From: Octopus vulgaris
Lineage: Eukaryota
Direction: 5' to 3'
DNA: 64,000 nucleotides
NCBI GenBank assembly: GCA_951406725.2
Contig: OX597817.1
Span: 119,164,001 to 119,228,000, forward strand
The position numbers and the translations under genes are program-made. Every line of letters begins with the position of its first letter. The stretch's first letter is position 1. Shown piece by piece: positions 53,155 to 64,000 of the stretch. Below the pieces are notes generated by a model. It made no database searches. It was not told the DNA's origin and saw only the letters and a list, made by a program, of their open reading frames with translations.

Positions 53155-53790
53155 TTAAGATCAGACTTTATGACTTCACTTTATCCCATGTCTTCGTAGG
53201 TCCTCATTTTCTTCAAAGGCTCCAACCACTTCAAACACTTGGCACTGACATCCTTCACATGCATCACACAATTGCAATAGGGCAGTCTTCTCTCTTACAT
53301 ACTACATTTGATTCCTCTTCAATAGAGCTTTTCTCTTAAGTAATTTATGGATGACATATCCTGTGGAGCATGCTTGCTTGCTTCCTTTTTTTTTTCTGGT
53401 GTTCATAAATCTCCTGCATCCAAGGTCTGTATGCTGCTATCATACAGCTTTGCACTTCAAACATAAAAATCATGCATTCTGCTCAATTACTTAAAAAACA
53501 GAAAAAATACCCTTTGTGAACATCCTATTCTTATTCTGGATTCAATGCTTTGGAACATCCACCTTCTTTGCTAATAAGATCATATAAGCAACAAAAGATA
53601 TCAACTACCTCTAAGGAATTTTCCAAATATTTGAGCAATTGTTTTATGTTACAAATTACAAACAAGCATCTGTCTCATACAAAGTTTAACTTCTCTGCTA
53701 ATCTTTCTGCAGTCCTCCAACAGTATTTGTATCCACATAATAATTTATCCAGTGTATACCAGAATCTTGTTTGCTTTCCTACTTTAGCAT
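53155..53790 (-). mobile_element. RTE-type LINE ORF C-terminal fossil
   Basis: LEVVDIFCCLYDLISKEGGC (cf. LEVVDSFCYLGD.IS.GGC), RRL.Y...V, degenerate GRP.KTW.EV..SDL. Confidence 0.65.
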
Positions 53791-54029
53791 ATATAAATAT
53801 ATATATATATATATATGCTAAAGTGTACAGTATTGTATATATCCATTACGGCCGATCTTACCAATCGGTTTCACACAAGAGGGTTCAATGGAGTGTTAGG
53901 TAACAGTCCAATTATGCAACCCTGTGCTCTTTGGAGGCAGTCATTATGGAATGAAATATGGTGACTGCTCTCTATTGTTGGAGATGAATAGACACATCCA
54001 TTTAGTGGTTGCTGTGAAAATGATGATGA

Positions 54030-54780
54030 AACAAATCAAGCATGGGATTAATGTATATTCTTCTTCTAAACAAGAATATTATTGACAGTAACTAGGGTTT
54101 CAGCCACTTAAGCCATCATTGGACTGTGAGACATTAAAGTTAATTCTAGCTCTATATAGTCTCTATTGAGTTAAAATCTATGTGGGTTTGAAGAAAGTGG
54201 AAATTAGGTTTTAGGATGGGTTGTTATGAAGAAGTGCTTTGAAGAAATTTTTATTGATTAAATGTGGGGTTATATTATTGGTTAGAATTTATTTATGTAT
54301 GTCGAACTTTGTAAGCAGGTGTGAATATTTTTGGTAGGTAGGTATAAGATATGTCAGTCATTTTTACTAATTTTTGGTTTTATTAGATTCAATCCTTTGC
54401 TTTGACAATGTAAAGGTCAAGGGTTAAAAGTTCAGTCCAGTATTTAAGAACTTACAATTTTTATGCAACAAAATTTTTAGAGATTCACAAAAGAATGTAA
54501 GTAGGTGATATGTTTGAGTGGGTCATTTTCTGTACTTGTAATATTTAGGGTATTTCCAGTTTTTATTTGGAGAGTAGGGGTTATTAGTTGGGTATGTCAT
54601 GATGCTGTTGATATAGAAATAGTAGTTAGATAGATAGATATACTGATAAAGAGAGTTATATGATCAAGAAACATTATAGTAAATGTGTCAATATTTAAGG
54701 GAGATAAAACATAGAGCTGCACAAGATACATAGTCAGATAACTGGATCGTAGGCAGCTTAGCAAGGAAGGTAAATTCATG
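54030..54780 (-). mobile_element. Possible degenerate Penelope-like element remnant
   Basis: Strand-skewed (A/C-rich on minus) block ending in a degenerate hammerhead; only a weak protein trace. Boundaries approximate. Confidence 0.3.
54085..54127 (-). ncRNA. Degenerate hammerhead motif
   Basis: ACAGU-CCAAUGA-U-GGCU-UAAGU-GGCU-GAAA-CCCUAG-UU/ACUGU. Stem I 5 bp, GAAA intact, core CUGA mutated to CCAA. Confidence 0.4.
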
Positions 54781-55481
54781 TGTGTATGTGTGTGTTGGGA
54801 ATTAATGAAATTTTATTTTATGTATGTTCCATGCAAAACAGAAAATAATTTGAAACTGATTTCAACACAATGTAAAGTGAGTGATTTGATCATAAGGGAA
54901 GAAGACAACACTTTCTGACAATATTTACTTATAATTTCCTTGAAGAATAATTTCCTCTTTTCTGTAGAAATTAATCTTAGCATATAAATGAAAATCAAAA
55001 TATAGAAATACAATATGTGTGCATGAATGTGTGTGTGTGTGTTTATTAATATATGTATATATTTATATATGTGTGTGAACAGATGGCCAACTGGAAGAGT
55101 CATTGGAGCATTGGATAGATTGCTTTGCTGTAATTGTTTAAACTCCTTGTGCTCTTAGTATAAGCCCTGGTGAGTTCAGCAGTGCCTTTCCTCCTTTTAG
55201 AGTCAATGAATAAATTGACAGTCCTATACTGGAGTCAATTCTTCTTATTCTCCATTTCTTTTTGTATGTCTCTTTCTCTCCCTTTAGAAGAAACTGATTA
55301 TGATCAGACCTGAAGAAGGAAGGGCTCCACCAGGTCTAAACTGTCTAAGATATGTTGTATGCTATGACAGTGTCTCAATAAATCCTGTAAGAAGTTGTAT
55401 ATATGTATGTATAAATAAATATACACATACACTAATATAAATCTCTCTCACTCTTTCTCTCTGTATGTATGAATGTATGTA

Positions 55482-55699
55482 AGGTAGCAAGCTGTCAGAA
55501 TTATTAGCATGCTGGATAAAATGCTTAGTAGTATTTTATCTGTTTTTTTTTTATATTCTGAGTTCAAACTCTATCAAGGTCGATTCTGTTTTTCATTCAT
55601 TAAGGGGCCAATAAAATAAGTGCCAGTAGAGCACTAGGGTTGATGTAATCAACTTACCCATCCCTCCTAAATTACTGACCTTATACCAAAATTTGAAAC
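55482..55699 (+). mobile_element. tRNA-derived SINE family B
   Basis: agctgtcagaattattagc...ctgagttcaaact...ataaaataagtgccagt...gggttgatgtaatc. Minus-strand copies at 4820-5035, 32195-32385, 39205-39393, 46942-47085, 50462-50682 and 57325-57540. Confidence 0.75.
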
Positions 55700-56667
55700 T
55701 ATGTATGTATGTATGTATGTATGTATGTATGTATGTATGTATGTATGTATGTATGTATGTATGTATGTATGTAGGTAGGTAGGTAGGTATGTATGTATGT
55801 ATATATACACAGAGTGGCATGAAACAAAAAATATTGAAGAAAGACAGAAACAAATTAATTGTTTTTATGCCATAACAACCATATGAGAAAGAGAGAGAGA
55901 GAGTGAAGTGGAGAAAAAGCATAAATTACCATTAGCACATAGTTCTAATATGAGACTTTACTGTAACTTCCACGACTTTACCACATGAGGAAGTTGCTTA
56001 CCACCAGTGAATTCTTCATATAGGAAACCTGTTGAAGAGTTTCATTCCTTAGAAGACTGCCACATGAGTGGAGAGCATTGACTAAGCAGGGAGGCAATCT
56101 ATGAACAACTGATGTACCAATACAATTTCTTTGTTTGTTGCTTGTTTTTCCAAGCTTTGACTAAGGCATATTAATATTGAAATATCAATTTGATACTACA
56201 GATCAATTTATTGGGAAGATGGGTATGCTAAATTGTGTTAACTGAACTGGTACTACATGGATTTCTTTCATTCCCAGACATATGCATTCAGATACATTTG
56301 ATCAGTATCTCATGTATTTATATAAATACATATTGATATACACATGCAGATACATTTATTAATGTATGTAACATAAAAATTGACATAAAGCGCAGAAAAC
56401 ATTTCCCAACGAAGGAAATATTTTCCCTTATAAGAAATGGAATGAAAAAATAATTTCATAGAAATAATTATCATTTTCTATAGAGATACATATATACTTT
56501 AATGAAAACATTTTGCTGCTATTTTTTCACGTACAAAGAAAACTTAATGATGTTGAGAGAGAAGAAATCCTCCAAGGAACCATAAATCAACACCTTTTCA
56601 CATTGACATTTCATTATTTAGTAAAAATGACTGATATACAAAATACCTATCAAAGTAGTAGTAGTAG

Positions 56668-57160
56668 CTCTGATGCAGTACCAGACAATGGCTCTCATAG
56701 CTTCTGATTGGAAGTGTTATCATGTACATTGTTTTGTCTTGGTATAAAAGATGGGCTACAGCAAATATTCTGCTCAATACCACAGATTTGCTTGTTAGTT
56801 GTTTGACATTAACCAGTTGAGTATGTCCCTTAGTAGCTGACAATATGTGCATCTCTGATCATGAGCAGAAGTAGCAGAGGAGCATCATAGCCATGTGTTA
56901 AGAGGAATTCTTTGCAGTTTGAATAATTCATCCCCTGGAAACTTGGGTGTTTCATTCAACATCCTTAAACAATCTTTATTGAAGAACCTTTTGAGTGGGA
57001 TTTCTACTTGACCTGAAGAAAATTTTAACCTGCAACGTCATGCTCTGTTTATCTTGATATGAGATCACCATGTTGCACATATATGGCTGTGATGCATGTG
57101 CCTTATGGACTTTTATCAGTGTCACTTTGATGGCATGTGCTGTTCTCTCATTCAATAGTT
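56668..57160. repeat. Interspersed non-coding repeat (~500 bp)
   Basis: Recognised from memory as a recurrent Octopus repeat (ctgatgcagtaccag...cactttgatggcatg). Single copy here, so not verifiable in this window. Confidence 0.4.
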
Positions 57161-57659
57161 GAATGTCTCCCATGATAATTAACAACCAAGCATCAAAGCT
57201 TATAATGTGTGAAAAGAGACCCTGTGAGACCTCTGACAGTAAGCTGCTGTCTGCTCTCATAGAACCTACCAGAGCAAACAAAATCTAGCACTCTGAGAAA
57301 TAAAACAACAACAGTAATAATAATATCTGCTAAAAGCACAAGGCCTGAACTTTTGGGAGAAGGAGAAGTTGATTTCATTGACTCCAGTGATTAACTAGTA
57401 CTTATTTTAAGTGCTGGAATCAATGAAATCATCTGTCCAAAGGCAAAATTGACATCAACCGGATTTGGATGTCAAGAAAAGTCAAAGAATACTGCAAGGC
57501 ATTATTTGTGATGCTCTAACAATTCAGCCAGCTCACCTACATAATAATAATAAGTATTTAGGGTTACAGTATTGCTTTAACCCTTCCCTCTTTAAATTTG
57601 TAGCTTTGTGCCTTAGTCAGAAACCATTATTATTATTATTATTGTCATTATTTTCTAGC

Positions 57660-58150
57660 ATCCTCTGAGTGGCAGATTAGGTGTGCCATGGTTCCTAATG
57701 CACAGACACAAACTTAGATCATGCCACCTGCAACGATTTTTGAACAGTGAGCATGTGTGGACTCCATTTGTGAGGTTTGTTTTTCTGCAACTTGTCTCCT
57801 TGACAGATTTGCAGTACTGGGTGATAAAAGACTGAAACTGGGCGCCTAACACCTAGAATGTCGTCAGGTGCTCACAGTTCTCTACCAGTTGGTCAATGGG
57901 ATTGGTGGATGTTCTGCTTCAGAAATTTATAGAGGATTAGTGATGGGAAAGTGTGACAACATTTTTGGGGAAACTCTGGGCACCGATGTGAATGAACTGG
58001 CTAATCTGTTCCAAAGAACTTTCCAGTCAGGAACTATCATGGATAATTTCCAGATGTACTTGGGCTGGCACTGCTACTGGTGGGTACTACTGGTTTGAGA
58101 TGAACTCTACAGACACGGATGTGCTGTCAGTTTTTACAAAACCATACCTG
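57660..58150 (-). mobile_element. Old RTE-like LINE fragment
   Basis: GC-elevated block with degenerate post-RT motifs (VPD.KVL) and a terminal C..C...H-type remnant. Confidence 0.45.
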
Positions 58151-59067
58151 ATCAACAGAACTTGGATTTCACTTTAGAAGAAGAAGGAAAAAATAAACAA
58201 TTTTGATCTTGAAGTTGAATGTATTGTGTTCTGTGGAATGATACTCTCCTGTTTGAGAGTATGTCTCCCTTTCATTATTACCATTCTTTGAACCTCTTCA
58301 AAATAAATTTCACTCATCAGGAAGTCATCCCTGTCATGAAATTTATAAATTCTGACATCGTGCAATTTCTATTAAGATTCCAATGCAAATATAATATGCT
58401 TTGATCTTCTGAACTTGCTGGCAATTCTTCAGTTACATAATTATCATTCAATATCATTGATTTCATTTACCTATTTGCTTTATAAAGCTCCTGGAGGTTA
58501 TAGACAAAACACATTTTTCTTGAAACAATAATTCACTCTTAAACACACACACACAAACACACTCTCTCTCATGCAACACAAAAGGTTTAAAAACATTAAA
58601 TAAGAGTTTCTGTGTATTCTTCCCAATCTTCAAAATTAATTTAAATCTCATGTTTCAAATTCTAAATAAAATGTATTAACAAATTTTATACGCAAAATTA
58701 AGAAATTAACCATTTTCATGTTCACAAGAATAATAAAGAAAAGCTCAATGCAAGAAAAACAGAAAATTAAACAACGAAAACATATATAAGATTCATTGCG
58801 ACATTACTTGACTATCTAAAGTATAAAATTGTTAAATATTATACAGCTTCAATTTTTTATAATTTTGTATGTGCATGTCTGTGTGTGAGTATATATATAT
58901 TAATTCGTCCATGGAATATTCAAAACAGATCCATGCAAGCATTTGAATTTAAGCTGCTTTACTTTCTTATGGTACCATAATTGATATTAGATAAGATTAA
59001 ATTCATACAAGTAAGAAAACAGATCTTTAAATGCAATTATTGCATCAGTAAATTTAAGAGTGTCATG

Positions 59068-59107
<40 letters not shown>

Positions 59108-60069
59108 GTAGTGTAGAAAAGAAATACTAAGTAATTTGATTATATGAACCATATATGTAAATAACTCAATAGTACCATCTTACATTTTGTGATATATTTA
59201 ATATGAGTGATAAATTATAAAGCAAATTCTTTGATATAAATTTCATATTTTCTCCATGCAGAATCAAGAATTATATTTGGACTGTTATTGTCTCCATGAA
59301 TAATTACAAGTTGAGATTTACCAAGAAGTTTTATCTGTAGCTTCTACATATATATCATTACTGGAAATTCTTTCCATGATTCAAGAGAAGAATAATAGTT
59401 AAAAGAATCAAAGCAGAAGCAGTTCAGTTAGTTCTCCACCATTTCCACGTAATATGCTTCTGACGACACTTTTTATAAAATAGATATTCTAAGTATTGTA
59501 TATGTTATACTGCTGTGTGTGGGCCTGCATAATGTATACACCTTTTGCTAAATAAATTGTTGTAGTAGTAGTAATAATAATAATAATGACAATGATGATG
59601 ATGCACACACGCATACACACACACACACACACACTATATATATATATATATATATATATAAGTCAGAATATAAGTAAATGTATATGCTGAGAGGAGAAAA
59701 GGAGAGAATCATGCAAAAGCTGTCAGGCAATGCTTACTGAGCATGGATGTTTCTGCTTATTTTCATGTGATATTGCAATATCATCTAAACAAACAAGCAC
59801 ACACATATGTATATACATATATAGATAAATAAATAGAGAATGAGAGAATATGGAAGGAGAGAGAGAGAGAGCAAAATAGAGATGATGAGAAAGGAAAAGA
59901 AACACAGAGATGATAATGAAAGAGAAACATATATATTTTTTAAAAGTTCATCTTTCTAACCCTAAATGACTTAAAGCAATAAGCAAAGATAATCTTAAAA
60001 CCTCACTATGCAATGCAAACCATTGTATATCCATATATTTGCTAATACCATGCTATACAGTTATTCAAA

Positions 60070-60120
<51 letters not shown>

Positions 60121-60135
60121 CGATATATCTCATAA

Positions 60136-60163
60136 CTTTTGATAAATTTAGATATTCCTAAAT

Positions 60164-60225
<62 letters not shown>

Positions 60226-60287
60226 TTATATATTGTTTTACATTATTTTGTATATTTGTATGGGGGAATATCTTTAGTTATCAAAAG
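60136..60287. repeat. Imperfect inverted repeat (37 bp arms, about 6 mismatches) around a (TA)n tract
   Basis: 60136-60172 versus 60251-60287. Confidence 0.75.
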
Positions 60288-60691
60288 CCATATATGAAGG
60301 TTAGCACAATTATTATTGAAGGTCCTACAACCCAATGTTATTATATCTATAACATAAATTGTATATAAACACACTGGGATAGTGACAGGTAGAAACATGC
60401 ATACTCACATTCATGCATGCATGTACACAATGTGGGTGCACATATTTCAATTTAATTTGCACCATATTCTTTCAACATAATTCAGCACAAACATAAATTT
60501 ATTATACATATGTATAAATGAGTATATACACGTATGTGTAATATATATATATATATATATATATATGCCTATGCATATATAAATATATATATAAACATAT
60601 ATATACATGTATATCTGCGTGTATATATATGTATGTATATATATTTACATATATACATATACATAAATATATGTGTGTATATATATTTCTC

Positions 60692-60814
<123 letters not shown>

Positions 60815-60931
60815 TTCATTATATGCAAAAACTAATTTCATGCAAGTAATCCATCCTTCTGATTCCTTATCTATTTTCTTTCATTTCCTGGAAGTTAACT
60901 GCATGCAAATACATACACATTCACATCAATG

Positions 60932-61028
<97 letters not shown>

Positions 61029-61638
61029 TCACAGAAATCATTGCATATTTCATTTCTGTATATATTATTGCATTCATTATACACACACACAAACACACAC
61101 ACTCACACATCACACATATATGTATACTTGTGCACATATATCCATTCTTATCTTATTGTTACTTATGCTTCTCTCTTCTTTTTTTTTCCCCAAAGCAGTT
61201 TCATATTTGGTGTGAAATACTGCTGGTAAATGCTTTATTCCATCTTTAGCAATACATTCATAAAATATATATTATCAGTTTTTATAGAATATGGTACATT
61301 CATTGAACTTATTCTTCAAAATATAACTTTCCTTTTAACTTATTTCATCTGCAGTAGCTATGGTTTTCCATCAGCATGAAAGTAGGCATCCTAATAAATA
61401 CAAATATTATGAGTTTGTATACACACATCCATGAACATACATACATATGCACATGGTGTATATATTTTGTATTGATATATACATATTTCGATTTATTTAT
61501 TGTTATATATCTGTCTATCTATATCTATATATATATACACACATACACATGTACACACATTTATTTACATATTTATATCTCTCTCCCCCTCTCTCTCTCT
61601 CTAGATATATATGTATACACTATGTATATACACGGCTG

Positions 61639-61727
<89 letters not shown>

Positions 61728-61729
<2 letters not shown>

Positions 61730-61910
61730 GGGTGTGATGGGTGAATTGTCGAGGAGGAAGTGCTGCCCTGAGTCAAGAAGATCGCTGCTGAAAACCCTAT
61801 GTCTAGCAACAGGACTTTGCACCATGCCACACAAGCAGGAAAACCCAGTCATGGCTGTCAGACATTTTCTGCAAGCACATATCCTCTAACATCTGCCCAC
61901 TCAACTCAGC
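61728..61910 (+). mobile_element. Tc1/mariner-superfamily fragment (TIR fused to an internal transposase piece)
   Basis: TA-CAGGGTG terminus, then QQDFAPCHTSRKTQSWLSDIFCKHISSNICPLNS (QQD.AP.H...WPPNS motif). Confidence 0.75.
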
Positions 61911-61914
61911 GAAT

Positions 61915-62180
61915 ATTAACATACATACGAGGCAATACAGAACATGCCTTATGCTTACATGTTATAATTTCTTCCAAAATTAGCCAAAAAATCATTATTA
62001 ATAAATTTCAGGGTAGCAAAATATTATTTAGAAATTTGTAGCTACGAGTGGTCTAACATGACTAAAAATACTAGTCAATATTTGCTGCCAATCAAAAGCT
62101 GTGCTCGTGCAGTGAATTTGAAAAATTATAACATGTAAGCATGAGGCATGTTCTGTATTGCCTCGTATTTATATGTTAAT
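61915..62180. repeat. Inverted repeat, 46 bp core arms with one mismatch (extends to about 56 bp)
   Basis: 61925-61970 versus 62123-62168, plus outer attaacata/tatgttaat. Confidence 0.93.
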
Positions 62181-62186
62181 CTTGGC

Positions 62187-62261
62187 TTTCCTGCTGATGA
62201 AAGCTTTGCCTAGCAAATTATTTTATTTGCTGAAGATAGCTTGAAACCATGGTACAGGAAA
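62187..62261 (+). ncRNA. Type I hammerhead ribozyme, intact core, extended stem II
   Basis: UUUCCUG-CUGAUGA-AAGCU...AGCUU-GAAA-CCAUGG-UA/CAGGAAA. Stem I is a perfect 7 bp. Stem II is 5 bp plus a distal AGCAAAU/AUUUGCU helix. Stem III is the palindrome ACCAUGGU. Predicted GUA cleavage after 62254. Confidence 0.87.
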
Positions 62262-62396
62262 TAGATGGTAAATGTTTTTATTTTTCATTCCCTTTTGGAA
62301 TTACCCCTAATAGTGGTTTAGATTAAAACTATTCCTTCTAGTGAGTTAGATGTTCTATTATGGCCATCTCTTATGTGTTTAAATGTACACTGTATT

Positions 62397-62432
<36 letters not shown>

Positions 62433-64000
62433 GGCATGCTCCAGAATGGCTGGAGTCAAATGACTGAAAGAAGTAAAAGAATAAAAGAATATATATATAT
62501 TATATATATATATATTATCTCTCTCTATCTGTGTGTGTATATATATATATATATACACATACGCATACAAAATATATTATACATATATACATATTCATAT
62601 GTTTGTTCATAATTATACTGTAACTAGATACACATGAGCCTCAGAAGTCACATCTTGATTCAACTAATTGAGTCATTTATTCTCTGAGAGAGATCTGTAA
62701 TTAATTTGAAATTAGTTAAGGTTTGTTCAATGTTTACATAAATAAATAAACAGAAAGTTTGAATCTCGAATACATGCATATAAAGAACATAATTGTATAT
62801 TTCTCTCACACATGCATATTGGGATGGAGAGGAACTTTCCAGATCACAAACAAACATTTATACAGAGAGAGAGATAGAGAATGAGGGAATGAAGACCAAA
62901 GAGAAACAAAGGCAGGAATGATAATGAAAGAGGATCATTAATAGTTTTAAAAAATCTATTCTAGTAAGCTACATGACTTACAGTAAGACAAGTAAAAGTT
63001 ATTTTTGAATATGGTGGTTGCTTGATCATAGATTTGAACCATGTATTAGCTGGCACACTGTTTCTGTGAGCAAGCACACTATTTCACACTTCAGATGAAA
63101 ATGAGTATATGTAGAGTGGAACTCTTGCAACACAGTGAGCTAATTTACTTCTTTTTTTTTATAGATATAAGTCTTATTGCAAACTTGGTGGGATTGGGAT
63201 ATTCTTAGCATATTACATATCCAACTTTCCTATTTTTTTTCTATCTGTGTTTATGTGTGTTGGTAGTTCTGCAAACATGGCAAGTAAAATACCTACATTT
63301 TCCAATACAGGTTAAGTCTAAGCAATGCTACACTCAAATAAATCTGAGAACAAAAGAGTTTTGATTGCAACAGAATATGAAAGTCTTCTTACCAGAAACT
63401 ATCAAATACATATAATGAAAGTTACTGCAAAACACGTGGAGCAGTGAAAATGCTTTCAAATCGCATTATTGGTAGTTGCTCAGTTTTAACCGAAAGTGAA
63501 TATACGTAGAATCATAACAGATTTGAAGCTTTCATTCATAGGAAATTATGCTAGTATTGTGAAATACCCCCAGACAAGAGAAGGTATGAAAACATGCTAC
63601 AAAAGTCTCAGAGCATGATAAAGAGACCATACTCTGAGACATGACAAGTCATACAAATAGGCAGATTAACATAAATCAAGCAGATGTTATAGCCAAAAAC
63701 CGTCATGAAAAGAAATACCTCCTAATCAGTGTATGCCTTTCAAAAGAAAACAATATCTAAAGAAAAGGAAGAAACTATCCAGATATAAATATCTGGAAAT
63801 AGAGATAACTAGAATGCATGGATTCAAAAACAAAAACAACCACCTTAATAATGGGAACCTATGAATTATAAAAAAAATGAATAAATAAAAAAGATATGAA
63901 CAAATATATACCAAAACTGTAGGATGTTGCATATGTGCATACAAACACATACAACGACCAGAATTATCTACTAAGCAGACACACATAGAGTATTCTTAAT

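Noticed and set aside
55285-55350. AGACCTG/CAGGTCT stem followed by AAAC-TG-TC and a downstream AATAAA
   Set aside because: Needs three or more core changes to be a hammerhead; possible fossil but unsupported.
59262-59480. Plus-strand CUB-like words (YIWTVIVS..KLRFTKKFYL, SVSSPPFPRN)
   Set aside because: In different frames, interrupted by stops, lacking the cysteines and wrongly spaced; probably chance.

Overview
AT-rich, microsatellite-saturated animal genomic DNA, almost entirely intronic or intergenic. The repeat repertoire looks like an octopod cephalopod (inference from recalled Octopus repeats, not a search). Only one host exon is well supported: a minus-strand CUB-domain exon at 49322-49554. 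The rest is mobile-element fossils: several tRNA-derived SINE families, R4/Dong and RTE LINE pieces, a nearly full-length dead hAT (Charlie/Buster-type) transposase, Tc1/mariner scraps, two piggyBac-type MITEs and a non-autonomous Helitron. Most ORFs in the supplied track are microsatellite artefacts. The main hidden signal is RNA structure. I folded by hand eight type I hammerhead-ribozyme motifs from about seven unrelated sequence families. Two have complete catalytic cores and unusually long stem II arms (3559-3651 minus, 62187-62261 plus), one is a minimal intact motif (6734-6768), and five are variants or fossils. Most have a self-complementary stem III and sit next to (TA)n tracts and/or 40-65 bp inverted duplications. 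This architecture matches Penelope-like element pseudo-LTRs or retrozyme-like elements. No activity is demonstrated; structures are manual pairings.
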